This document shows positions 25,190 to 35,526 of a DNA stretch of 64,000 nucleotides, piece after piece. Every line of letters starts with the position of its first letter. The first letter of the stretch is position 1. The notes below the pieces were generated by a model. That model saw nothing but the letters and a program-made list of their open reading frames with translations. It did no database searches and was not told the DNA's origin. The stretch comes from an uncultured Acidobacteriota bacterium (GTDB taxonomy: Bacteria; Actinomycetota; Acidimicrobiia; Spongiisociales; ZC4RG35), in assembly GCA_963725075.1 (NCBI GenBank), contig CAVRXA010000004.1, forward strand, positions 3,578 through 67,577. The letters run 5' to 3'. A program made the position numbers and the translations under genes.

Positions 25190-27100
25190 ATGGTTCAAGC
25201 CCGAGCGTATGGCACCTGGGAGTCACCCATCTCGGCCGCCGACACCGTGGGTGGCGTCGTCGATTTCGGGCAGATCGCCGTCGATGGCGACCACCTCTAT
25301 TGGTTGGAAGGGCGCCCATCCGAAGGCGGCCGCCAGGTCCTGGTGGGTCGTGACGGCTCAGGGCAGATCAACGACATCACCGCGCCACCCATCTATGTGC
25401 GTACTCAGGTCCACGAGTATGGCGGCGGGGCATTCACCGTCGACAGCGGCAAAGTGGCCTATTCGGAGCTCTCCGACCAGCGGCTAAATCTCCTAGGCAA
25501 AGGGCCGATCACACCCGAGCCATCGGTGCCGGGTGCGCTGCGGTATGCCGACGGGCGGTTCCTCCCCGATGGGGGCATCGTCTGTGTCCGGGAGAGCCAC
25601 GGTTACGGCGAGGCAGTGAACGAGATCGTCAGGATCGATCCGGACACCGAGGAGGTGACGGTCCTGGTCACCGGCCGGGATTTCTACGCCGCTCCCCGGC
25701 CCTCCTCGGATGGCACGAGGCTTCTCTGGCTGGAATGGGACCACCCCAACATGCCCTGGGACGGGACCGTTCTCAAGACCGGTTCGATCACGGACCAAGG
25801 GCTCATGGAAGTCGCCGGGATCGCCGGTGGCCCGGATGAATCCATCTTCCAACCGGAGTGGGCGCCCGACGGGAGCATCGTCTTCGCCACCGATCGGAGT
25901 GGCTGGTGGAATCTGCATCGATTCGATGGTGAGGTGACGAGCCCGATCCTCGAGATGGATGCCGATTTCGGGGTGCCTCTATGGATCTTCGGCCCCACCA
26001 CCTTTGGCTTTCTCTCCGGGGGAAGGATCCTTGCCGCCTTCTGGGAGGGCGGGGTCAACCATCTCGGCGTCATTGATTCCGATGGACGACTGAATCGACT
26101 CCCCAATGACCTCACCGGTCTGGGCTTTCTCGTCACCGACGGTGAATCCCGCGCCTGGTTCATCGGTCATGGGCCGGCGACGCCCAGTTCCGTCTACGAG
26201 CTCGACGTCGAGACGGGCGACCTGAGCGTGGTCCGGGGGAACCCGGTGCCGGCCGAGCCCGGTTACCTCCCGTCCCCCCGCATCATCACATTCCCCACCG
26301 ACGACGGGGAGGTGGCCCACGGCGTCTACTACCCGCCGACCCATCCCGACTTCGAAGGGCCGGACGGAGATAGACCGCCACTGATCGTGAAAGTGCATGG
26401 GGGACCCACGTCGCATGTCTTCCCCTCGCTGCGACCAGCGTTCCTCTACTGGACGACCCGCGGCTTCGGGTTGGTGGACGTCAACTACCGCGGCTCCACC
26501 GGCTACGGGCGCAAATTCAGGAACCTCTTGCGTGACTCGTGGGGGATCGCAGATGTCCAAGATTGCCTCGCCGCAGCCAGATATCTGGCCGCCGAGGGTG
26601 AGGTCGACGGCGATCGGCTCGTCATCACCGGGGGCAGCGCCGGGGGATACACGACCTTGGCCGCCCTCGCCTTTGGAGACGCGTTCAGCGCCGGGGGGTC
26701 TTACTTCGGAGTGGCCGACATCGGGCTTCTCGCCGACCACACCCACAAGTTCGAGTCGCGCTATCTCGACGGGTTGGTCGGCACCGACCCGGATGAGATG
26801 CGGCGCAGGTCGCCGCTCTACTCGGTCGACCAGATCACGGTCCCGGTGATCCTGTTCCAGGGTCTCGAGGACAAGGTGGTGCCCCCGGAACAGGCCGAGC
26901 TCATCTCCGCGGCATTGGCCGAGAACGGTGTTCCCCACGCCCACATCACATACGAGGGTGAGGATCACGGGTTCCGCAAGGCGGAGAACATCATCCACAG
27001 CCTGGAGTGCGAGCTCGCGTTCTACGGGAAGGTGCTCGGATTCACCCCGGCCGACGATTTGCCCGAGGTGCCGATGATCGTCGGGCCGGCCGCCACATGA
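25190..27100 (+). CDS. S9 family (prolyl oligopeptidase / acylaminoacyl) peptidase
   Basis: HGGPT, NYRGSTGYG, GGSAGG nucleophile, EDKVV, EDHGF. Confidence 0.94.
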   Translation: MVQARAYGTWESPISAADTVGGVVDFGQIAVDGDHLYWLEGRPSEGGRQVLVGRDGSGQINDITAPPIYVRTQVHEYGGGAFTVDSGKVAYSELSDQRLNLLGKGPITPEPSVPGALRYADGRFLPDGGIVCVRESHGYGEAVNEIVRIDPDTEEVTVLVTGRDFYAAPRPSSDGTRLLWLEWDHPNMPWDGTVLKTGSITDQGLMEVAGIAGGPDESIFQPEWAPDGSIVFATDRSGWWNLHRFDGEVTSPILEMDADFGVPLWIFGPTTFGFLSGGRILAAFWEGGVNHLGVIDSDGRLNRLPNDLTGLGFLVTDGESRAWFIGHGPATPSSVYELDVETGDLSVVRGNPVPAEPGYLPSPRIITFPTDDGEVAHGVYYPPTHPDFEGPDGDRPPLIVKVHGGPTSHVFPSLRPAFLYWTTRGFGLVDVNYRGSTGYGRKFRNLLRDSWGIADVQDCLAAARYLAAEGEVDGDRLVITGGSAGGYTTLAALAFGDAFSAGGSYFGVADIGLLADHTHKFESRYLDGLVGTDPDEMRRRSPLYSVDQITVPVILFQGLEDKVVPPEQAELISAALAENGVPHAHITYEGEDHGFRKAENIIHSLECELAFYGKVLGFTPADDLPEVPMIVGPAAT

Positions 27101-27945
27101 CCGGACGGACCTTCCGGCATTCCTTCAAGGTGTGGGCACAGGAACAGGACTGGCCTCAGCTGCGTGAAGTGTGGATCGAAGCCGACCGGGGCGGTTTCTG
27201 GGACGTCGTCTGGCTGAACGACCATCTCTACCCGCCTCGGGGCGAGGAGACACGGCCGATCATGGATTGCTGGACCCTCTTCGGCGGCCTGGCCGCGGTC
27301 ACCACCCGAATCCGGTTCGGGACAATGCTGACGGCCAACACATTTCGACATCCGGCCTTACTGGCCAAGCAGGCGGTGACCCTGGATCACATGTCCCAGG
27401 GGAGGCTCGAACTGGGGGTCGGTGCCGGTTGGCACGAGCGTGAGCACGAGGCCTTCGGCATCGAGCTCCGACCGATCAGGGAGCGTTTCGACATGCTCGA
27501 GGAGACCTTCCAGATCCTGCACGGGCTGATGACTGAGGAGGTGTTCGACTTCGAGGGGAAGTATCGGACGATCACCTCGGCGCACTTCGAGCCGAAGCCG
27601 GTGCAGAAGCCCAGGCCGCCGTTCGTCATCGGTGGCTCGGGCCCCCGGCGGACGATCCCCCTGGCGGCTCGCTGGGCGGACCAGTGGAACTACCCGGATT
27701 TCACCTCGGAGCCGGACCTGTTCGTCGCCTCGTTGAGACGTCTCGACGAGGCTTGCGAGGAGATCGGGAGGGAGCGAGACGAGATCGAGGTCTCGGTCCA
27801 GTTCCGGTACCCGGGCGATCCTGCCGAGACGGCGGACCTCGTCGCGACCTATCGAGAGCTGGGGGCAGATCACGTGCTGGTCAGCTTCATGCCGCCGACG
27901 AGCACCGACCTCCCTCCCCGGATCGCCGAGGCACTGGGAGGCTGA
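27097..27945 (+). CDS. LLM-class (probably F420-dependent) oxidoreductase
   Basis: WLNDHLYP, FRHPALLAK, GRLELGVGAGW, PKPVQKPRPP, IGGSG. Confidence 0.9.
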   Translation: MTGRTFRHSFKVWAQEQDWPQLREVWIEADRGGFWDVVWLNDHLYPPRGEETRPIMDCWTLFGGLAAVTTRIRFGTMLTANTFRHPALLAKQAVTLDHMSQGRLELGVGAGWHEREHEAFGIELRPIRERFDMLEETFQILHGLMTEEVFDFEGKYRTITSAHFEPKPVQKPRPPFVIGGSGPRRTIPLAARWADQWNYPDFTSEPDLFVASLRRLDEACEEIGRERDEIEVSVQFRYPGDPAETADLVATYRELGADHVLVSFMPPTSTDLPPRIAEALGG

Positions 27946-27949
27946 AGAT

Positions 27950-28591
27950 TTGAGATACCTCATCCCGGTCGCCGGGGAGCGACTTCCCCGGCGCATCACA
28001 CAATTGATAATCGGCCTGGTCCTGTTTGGCGTCGGCATCGGGCTGATGCTGCAATCGGGCATGGGGGTGCCGCCGTGGGATGTCCTCCACCAGGGACTGG
28101 CCCGCCGCTTCGGGCTCACTGTCGGGGCCTGGTCGATCATCGTCTCGGTGGCCGTCCTCCTCCTCTGGCTGCCGTTGCGCCAGCCCTACGGGCTGGGCAC
28201 GTTGCTCAACGCAATCATCATCGGGGTCGTCATCGACCTGACCGGCGTTGCCATCCCGGCGGCCGAAGTGACCGGTGTGGCCTGGTCGATGATGCTCGGC
28301 GGGGTCGTCTTGATCGGGATCGCCTCCGGTCTCTACATAGGAGCCAATCTGGGGCCCGGCCCGCGCGATGGGCTGATGACCGGGATCGCACGCAAGGGAC
28401 CTTCGATAAGGCTTACCCGCGCCGTCATCGAGATAACGGTCCTCACCCTCGGCTGGATCCTCGGCGGCACCTTCGGCATCGGCACCATCGTCTTCGCTCT
28501 CGCCATCGGTCCGCTGGTCCAATACTTCTTGCCTCGCTGGGACATCTCACCCCACCCGAGCACCGACGCCTGGGAACATCTCGACCGCTGA
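27950..28591 (+). CDS. YczE/YyaS/YitT family membrane protein
   Basis: GMGVPPWDVLHQG, GLGTLLN, GPGPRDGLMTG, GIGT. Confidence 0.9.
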   Translation: MRYLIPVAGERLPRRITQLIIGLVLFGVGIGLMLQSGMGVPPWDVLHQGLARRFGLTVGAWSIIVSVAVLLLWLPLRQPYGLGTLLNAIIIGVVIDLTGVAIPAAEVTGVAWSMMLGGVVLIGIASGLYIGANLGPGPRDGLMTGIARKGPSIRLTRAVIEITVLTLGWILGGTFGIGTIVFALAIGPLVQYFLPRWDISPHPSTDAWEHLDR

Positions 28592-28665
28592 ATCACGTCG
28601 TTTTTGGGATCGAGACGTGTCACATACGGACGTGTAGGTCCCAATTTCGCATTACCCTTGCGTTC

Positions 28666-31600
28666 GTGGAGACGTCCAGGGAGGGGAGCGGCTTCGAGTC
28701 GCCCAATCACGACCCCCGGTTGAGGGTCTTTGTCTCGTCCACCCTCGGCGAGCTCAAATCAGAGCGCGAGGCCGCCAAGTCCGCCATCAAGACCCTGAGG
28801 CTGGACCCGATCGGCGTCGATCTCGGCAGCCGCAACGGGCACGACGGGCTCACGATCGCTGACGCCGACATATTCGTAGGCATCTACTGGCAGTCGTTCG
28901 GCTGGGAGTCGGACCTGGAACGGGAGTACGAGACCAGTTCCGGTCTCCCCGGCCTCATCTATGTCAAGGAGCCGGCCCCCGAACGTGAGGACGGCCTGAC
29001 CGATCTCCTCGGGCGCGCCCGCACTGAGGCACGATCGCGGATCCGGACCTTCGAGTCACCCGGCGAGCTCGCAGAGATGCTGGTCGAAGACCTGGCGGGG
29101 GTGATGTCCGAGAGATTCGCCAAGACTGAACCAGGCCACGACTCGCTCCCGGTCGGGACTCTCACGTTCATGTTCGGTGATCTGGCCGGGTCGACCACCC
29201 TCGTCGAGCAGCTCGGAGACCAGTACGCCGAGGTCCTGGCCGGATACCACCAGGTCGTGGCCGACGCCACCCTCCGGCACGATGGGACCGTGGTCGATCT
29301 CGAAGGTGAACGTCTCTTCAGCGTCTTCCAGGATGCCTTCCAGGCCGTCAGCGCAACTGTCGAGATCCAGAAGTCCCTCGGCGATCGCATCTGGCCGGAG
29401 TCGGTGTCGGTAAGCGCGCGGCTCGGGCTCCATACCGGTACCGCCCGCATCGGGTCGGGTGGGTACATCGGGCTCGACGTCCACCGGGCATCACGGGTTG
29501 CGTCCTCCGCCCATGGAGGGCAAATCGTCGTGTCCGCCCCTGTCCGGGAGCTGGTCGAGGGGCAGACCGAGAGCGCGGGATGGGAGATCAAGGACCTTGG
29601 CTCCTTCGCCCTTAAAGGCCTTTCCCGCGCCGAGAAACTGTTCCAGGTGCGCGCCCCCGGGCTCCGGGCCGACTTCCCGCCGCCCCGGGCACGATCCATC
29701 ACAAGGGTCCGGCTCCCGGTGTCGCAGAACACCCTGGTCGGGCGGGATAGGGAGCTGGCCGAGCTCGTGGAGATGGTGAAGCGACCCAACGTTCGCCTCG
29801 CCACCATCGTCGGCCCGGGTGGCATCGGGAAAACCCGTCTCGCCCTGTCGGTGGCAGAGGACAGCTCCGCCGAGTTCCCCGACGGGGTCTACTTCGTCAA
29901 CCTGGCCGCAATCACCGACCCGGACCAGGTGCTGCTCGCCATCGGTGGCGCCGCCGGGATTCCCATCGAGGGCGATGCGATCGACGCCCTATCTAGCGAG
30001 TTCCAGGACCAGCAGGTGCTTCTCGTGATCGACAACTTCGAGCACGTGGCAGAAGGAGGCTCCTCGGTCGCCGACCTCCTGGGCCGTAGCCCCGGGCTCA
30101 AGGTCCTCGCCACCAGTCGAGTCCCGCTCCGGATAATGAGCGAGTACGAATACACACTCGAGCCGCTCGGCCTGCCCCCCACCGGCTCGGACCGACCCGA
30201 CTCGGTCTCGGCCTCGGATGCGGTGCGTTTGTTCATCGACCGGGCCCTCGCCGTGATCCCGGGATTCTCGATCGACGAGAGCAACGCATCGCCGGTCGCC
30301 TCGATTGTTCGCATCGTCGACGGCCTGCCCCTGGCCATCGAGTTGGCCGCAGCCCGTCTCCGCATGCTCAGCCCGGTGGCGCTTTCCGAGAGACTCACCA
30401 GATCTCTCGACGCCCTCGGCTCCGGGGCGGCCGATGTTCCCAGCCGGCAGCGCACCCTCGACGCTGCCATCGATTGGAGCTATCAGCTGTTGACTCGCGA
30501 GGAGCAGACACTCTTCTGCAGGTTGTGCGTGTTTCAGGGGGGCTTCACGGTGGAATCCGCCCAAGAGGTGGCGGTCGAGGAGGGAGACGCCGTCGACCAG
30601 CTGATGGTGCTCGTCGAGAACAGCCTCATCCTTCCCGCCCAGGGTGGTGAGGGCCGTCTGAGGATGCTGGCCCCGATCAGGGAGTTCGGCCTCCGTCATC
30701 TCCATGAAGCGGGCGAGTACGAATGGATGAAGGACAGGCACGCTGACTACTACGTGCGGGTCGCCGATAGTTCCTTGGAAGACCTCCGCGGGAGCAAGGC
30801 AGGCGGCGGTCGTGGAGAGCTTCACGGCCGATTGGAACAACATCGACGTCGCCGCCGAATGGCTCATGAAGAAAGGGGACGACGCCTCCCTCGTGACGAT
30901 GTCCTTCGGCATGTGGGTCTACCTTTGGGTCGGGAATCATCTGAAGGACGGTGCCCGATATCTCGCGGCCGTCGGCTCACCGGAGGACCTCGACGAGACC
31001 CTCGCCGGCCGTTTCTGGTTCCTCCGGGGCGGTATTCAGTATGAGATGGGCCTGTATGAAGAGTCGAAGGTGTCGATCGACAGGGCGGTCCAGATCCTGG
31101 AGACCAACGGCGACATCGACTGTCACAACTGGACCGATTTCGTATCGGCTCTCCTGCTGCCGGTGGAAGGCGCGGATCCGGCCCAGGTGACCGAGAGGCT
31201 CGAGCTGTCGCTCGCCCGATTTCGCGGGTTCGGCGATCGGTGGGGCGAGGGGTACGCCTTGATCGCCCTGGGCATTCTGGCCGCGTCCAATGGCGACGTA
31301 GAGGCGGCCGAGAAGTATCAGTTAACAACCCGAGAACTGGGTTTCGAGCTAGGCAATGGAGCTTTGATCGGTCTGGCCGAGGCGCAGATCGGTTTCACCT
31401 ACATCTCTTCGGGCCGTCTCTCCGAGGCGCGGGATGCCCTCCGCCGATCCTTCGACGTGTTCCGGGGCATGAACTATCGGGAGGGCCTCTGTTACGCCCT
31501 CGAGGCGGCGGCCTCGCTCTCGTTCACCGAGGGGCAAACCGAGCTCGGCATGATCGCCCTGGGCGCGGCGGAGGAGGTCAGAGAGCGGATCGGGCTGCAT

Positions 31601-31756
31601 CCGTGGCCCTTGATCATGTGGCTCTTCGACGCACTCTCCGCTATGGCTGATTCCCTCGACGACCCGATGTTTCAGGCCGCCCGTCACAACGGACGCCAAC
31701 TCAATCCTTTCGACGCCGCCGCTCTCGTGCTCGACGCCGCCCCCGTCCCGGTCTGA
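28666..31756 (+). CDS. DUF4062 + class III cyclase-homology + STAND NTPase + helical repeat protein; frameshift at ~30790
   Basis: RVFVSSTL (DUF4062), TFMFGDLAGST and RLGLHTG (cyclase), GPGGIGKT and LLVIDNFE (NTPase), GLPLAIELAA. Deleting one G joins it to the 30812-31756 ORF. Confidence 0.82.
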
Positions 31757-31764
31757 TCCCCCGT

Positions 31765-32811
31765 CTACATGGTGGCGAGGGAGGCGTTGGGAAGCGACCG
31801 CCCATAGGTTGCCCGGATCTGGACCTTCCGCTCCAGGGCATCGACAACGACGCCCGCGAAATCGACCTCGTGCAGCCCGCTGGCGCTTCCTAGCCCCCCA
31901 GGGCTGAAGACATTCGCCTCCATCATCTTGGGCCCGACGATGTCGAGCCCAACGAGAAACATGCCGTCTTCGATCAGCTTGGGCCGGGCCAGGTCGACCA
32001 CATGAAGCATCTCCTCTGTGATCTTCACCTTCTGTGCCTTCCCCCCGACATGCATGTTGGAGCGGACATCGTCGCCTTCGTTGACCCTGCGGAAGGCGGC
32101 CACTTTGCCATCCACCTCGAGCGGCTTCCCGTTCATGACGAAAAGGCGAACATCACCCTTCTCCGCATCCGCGAGGAATTCCTGGACCACCACATAGCCG
32201 TCCCGGGTGATGGTCTCGATGATCTGATTCACGTTCTGGCCCTTTTTGCCGGCGATGACGAACACGCTCTGACCACCGGAGCCCTGCAGCGGCTTGAGCA
32301 CGGCTCGTCCACCGAGATCTTCGATGAAGGCTTTGATGTCCCCGACCGTGCGGGAGATGAGGGTCCGGGGTCGGATCTCCTCCGGGAAGTGCTGGAAGTA
32401 GGTCTTGTTGATCGCATCCGCCAGATGAACCGGGTCGTTGACCACCACCACTCCTGCTGCGGCGGCAAGCTGACCGAAGAGCACACCCGAGGCCTGAGCC
32501 CAGGGTCGATCGGTGGCATCTTCGGCCGGGTCGTTGCGGAGCATGAGGACATCGAGCTCGTCGACCGTGACCAACTCCGGTTCAGCGTCTTCTTTCTGCA
32601 CATCCTCGAGAAAGCTCTTCAGCGAGCGATAGGTCCTGTCCAGAGGGCCGCGCGCCCGCGCCGTCACTTCACCCGAGGAAGTGTGCGCCAGGTCGCCGAC
32701 CCCCATGAGCCAGACCTCGTGGCCCCGCTTCTGGGCAGCCAATGCCAGCCGGGTGGTGCTGTACTCCGATTTCTCGGTCATCACGTCGTTGACGACGAAC
32801 CCGACCTTCAC
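31765..32811 (-). CDS. GshB-like ATP-grasp peptide ligase
   Basis: GshB-like N-domain (STTRLALAAQKRGHEVW), LKPLQGSGG, QEFL..GDVR, RSNMHVGG, GLDIVG..MEANVFSPGG. Confidence 0.85.
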   Translation of the reverse strand: MKVGFVVNDVMTEKSEYSTTRLALAAQKRGHEVWLMGVGDLAHTSSGEVTARARGPLDRTYRSLKSFLEDVQKEDAEPELVTVDELDVLMLRNDPAEDATDRPWAQASGVLFGQLAAAAGVVVVNDPVHLADAINKTYFQHFPEEIRPRTLISRTVGDIKAFIEDLGGRAVLKPLQGSGGQSVFVIAGKKGQNVNQIIETITRDGYVVVQEFLADAEKGDVRLFVMNGKPLEVDGKVAAFRRVNEGDDVRSNMHVGGKAQKVKITEEMLHVVDLARPKLIEDGMFLVGLDIVGPKMMEANVFSPGGLGSASGLHEVDFAGVVVDALERKVQIRATYGRSLPNASLATM

Positions 32812-33963
32812 GCGGCAATACCTCCCAGCTCCATGATCCCGGCGCCCTCCTGGATCCTGGCCAGTCGATCGAGCGCGTCTCTCGACTCCAGGAATCGGGG
32901 CCTGAGCGGCGGGTCGACCAAGACACCTCTTTCCAGGAGGTCGGCGACCAGCGGCTCGTCGGCCAACGATATCTTCCCCACCAGCAGCGGATCGAGCCGG
33001 CCTCCTTCCTGGAGGTAGGTGAGGAGCCTGGTCAGCCCGCCGAGATAGAGAGCGTCCTTCGTCATGCCCCCGGACCGATGGGCGCGCATCGCCGTGGTGA
33101 AAGCCCGGTTCCGGCCCGAGCCGAGATCGATCAAGTTGTCGTATGTCTCCCTGAAGGTGGCCCGCCCGCTGACCGAGTCTGCGGCCACAACGCGGAGCGC
33201 AAACGCCCGCAAACGCTTCGGGCGGATGCCCCCACCCAGGTGCTCGGCGAGAACACCGAGGGCCTCCTGGGTCTCCTCATACCCGGAGAGGCCCAGCGAG
33301 AGCATTCGAATCGGCTGCGCGCTCCCGTTGACGAAGGTGACGACGTGTACCCCGATCTCGTGGTGAAGGAGTTGCTCCACCCGGTCACCGGCGATCGATG
33401 TGTCGACTGCCGATGAATAGGTCTCCATTCTCCACCATCACGCCCGCCACCGCTTCGCTCACATGGACCAGGGTCGACAGCTCGGGGAACCGCTGGCGAT
33501 AGTGATCGAGCTCGACATTGGCCATTCCCGCCAGCTCGTGGGCATCGACGTAGACATCGGCGGGCGGGCCCGGCGGGATCTCTTCGAGCACACGATGTGC
33601 CAGGTCCAACAGTGACTTCTCGACATGCCCGTATTGCTCGACCGCGGCGAGGAGAAACTGGTCGGTGTTCCTCGTCGCCAACAGCTCGAGACGACGCTCC
33701 AGCTCTCGGTGCATGCCCCTGATCATGTGAATCAGCACCGGGTCTGTCGCTTCCTCCGGGTTGATCGCGGCTAGCTCATCGGCGAGGCCGTCCAAATCTG
33801 GGAGATCCCGATAGGTGAATTCGGGCTCCTCGATGTCTCCCTCGAGGAACGCCCTTCGCTGCTCGGGCACATTTATCGGCGTGAGCAGTTGGAGCATGGG
33901 AAGCAGTCCGCAGATCTCGCTCAGCCGGCGGTCGATGGCAAGGTCGATCTCTCCGACGCTCAT
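32808..33963 (-). CDS. DUF1704 / QEGLA-motif metallopeptidase (MATCAP-like); frameshift at ~33408
   Basis: HEIGVH (HExxxH), TQEALG, RSGGMTKDALYL. The two ORFs join after a 1-nt deletion. Confidence 0.82.
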
Positions 33964-34748
33964 GCCAGACTCCAGGCCTTCCGAACGTCAGGGCCCGAAG
34001 CGATCAGGGCATCACCCAGCTGCGACATCCGCTCCAGGTCGAGCTCGCCGGTCCATTCATCCATGAACACCTTCTTCAGCTCGATAGCCAGGGCGCATCC
34101 CACGTCGCCGTAATTCTCGTGCACCCAACGGGCCACCTGCCGGCCCTCGAACCGCACATTCTCCCGAGCATCGAGATGGGCACCGTCCAAGGTGTTGGAC
34201 CGAAGGCTCTCGATGAGGGCATCTGCGACCGGCTTCCATTTCTCGGGCAACGATCCAGTGCCCAGGTTGACGATCGGGCTCTCCTCGACAGGGTCGGGAG
34301 GGGCATCAGGACCGAGTCGTCGATGGTTGTACGAGTGGATGTCGTAGAGGACGAACCCACCGTGCCCTTCAACCAGCCGGTCGAGGACCCGGGCCAGATC
34401 GAGGTAGAAGCGGTCGTAGGAGGCGAGGGAGGCGAATACCTCCTCCTCGGTGAGCTCCCGCTGCCACAACTCGAGGCCCCAGGCGTCTTCGGGACTCGTA
34501 TAGACCGCCTCGTCCCGCTCCCGGTTCAAGTCCACCTCGAAGCGGGAGCGATGGACCACGACATTGTTGGCGAAACGGGCCGAGATGGTTCCGGTGTGGG
34601 GGTCTTCCTCTCGGATCCGCGTTGCGTCATCGAGGGCGGTCAGGGCGGCGAGATCCGGCCGGAGATCGTGCCCGTTGTGGACCGCGGCGGCGATCAGAAC
34701 ATCGGGTTCAGACACGTTGAAAGAAGCAAATTCCATGGATCGATTCAC
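33960..34748 (-). CDS. N-formylglutamate amidohydrolase family protein
   Basis: AVHNGH, REEDPHT, SRFEVDLNR, YDIHSYNH, ENVRFEG, AIELKK. Confidence 0.88.
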   Translation of the reverse strand: MNRSMEFASFNVSEPDVLIAAAVHNGHDLRPDLAALTALDDATRIREEDPHTGTISARFANNVVVHRSRFEVDLNRERDEAVYTSPEDAWGLELWQRELTEEEVFASLASYDRFYLDLARVLDRLVEGHGGFVLYDIHSYNHRRLGPDAPPDPVEESPIVNLGTGSLPEKWKPVADALIESLRSNTLDGAHLDARENVRFEGRQVARWVHENYGDVGCALAIELKKVFMDEWTGELDLERMSQLGDALIASGPDVRKAWSLA

Positions 34749-34859
34749 ATTTACCCCACTCGGGCCACCGCCGAAACCCGGACCGGTATGTGACCGTTAG
34801 CCATCATGGGGGGACCATGTCCCCTACTGCTGATGGATATCGCGGTTGACGATGGGCGC

Positions 34860-35213
34860 ATGTCCGACCACGAGGGCGCACTCGCCTTAGTCAAAGGCAT
34901 CCACACGGTGATTTGGGCGATCGTTGAGACGGCGATGGTCTACCTGCTCGCCTCGGGTATGGCAGGCAGGTCAGATCGTCGGGCGGGAGCGGCGGCAGCG
35001 ATCGTCGGAGTGGAGACCCTCGTGTTCCTGGCCAACGGCGCCCGTTGTCCGCTCACCGGGCTGGCCGAGTCGCTGGGCGCCGAGCATGGTTCGGTGACCG
35101 ACATATATCTCCCCGGGTGGCTGGCGCGGAGCCTCCCGATGATTCATGTGCCACTGATAGCCGCCGCGATGTGGCTGCATTGGCGGAACGTGACCGGGTC
35201 GCGAAAAGTCTGA
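34860..35213 (+). CDS. Small membrane protein (DUF2784-like, CPLT motif)
   Basis: Three hydrophobic segments, NGARCPLT, DIYLP. Confidence 0.65.
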   Translation: MSDHEGALALVKGIHTVIWAIVETAMVYLLASGMAGRSDRRAGAAAAIVGVETLVFLANGARCPLTGLAESLGAEHGSVTDIYLPGWLARSLPMIHVPLIAAAMWLHWRNVTGSRKV

Positions 35214-35340
35214 AGCGCCGCGACTGGCCGGCTGCCGAGTCGTCGACCTAGGGTCCCTCTGGCTTCCCCGAGCGCAGGTCCGAGGCGTTCATTTCCCCGG
35301 TCAGAGCGGCGATTTTCGCGCTCTCGACAGGTTTCGGGCC

Positions 35341-35349
35341 TGTGGATAA
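35341..35349 (-). promoter_or_regulatory. Perfect DnaA box upstream of the nrdJ promoter
   Basis: TGTGGATAA is the reverse complement of TTATCCACA; it lies 8 nt upstream of the -35. Confidence 0.7.
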
Positions 35350-35357
35350 CGAAACAC

Positions 35358-35386
35358 TTGACCCATGACACTGTTGTAATTACAGT
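35358..35386 (+). promoter_or_regulatory. Housekeeping sigma promoter of nrdJ
   Basis: TTGACC (35358-35363), 17-nt spacer, TACAGT (35381-35386). Confidence 0.75.
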
Positions 35387-35394
35387 AGTGGTGT

Positions 35395-35444
35395 CCATAC
35401 AAGATGTCGTGGTTACTTCCCCTTCGACCACTACATCTTGTGGT
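35395..35444. promoter_or_regulatory. Tandem NrdR boxes
   Basis: ACCACTACATCTTGTGGT (35427-35444) and an inverted ACCACGACATCTTGTATGG (35395-35413), about 31 bp apart, matching the NrdR palindrome acaCwAtATaTwGtg. Confidence 0.8.
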
Positions 35445-35526
35445 TTGAGTTGAGAATCGAAACTTTGGCAATGGACACCGCCCCGTAAACTGGCCGGGGC
35501 GCACCCAGTGCGAGGAGGCACGTTTC

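Noticed and set aside
28618-28644. Third ECF41 promoter at TGTCACA
   Set aside because: The -10 position reads CCAA, not CGTC.
31765-32811. Calling the ATP-grasp gene gshB
   Set aside because: The substrate loop differs, no gshA is adjacent, and the operon context points to another product.
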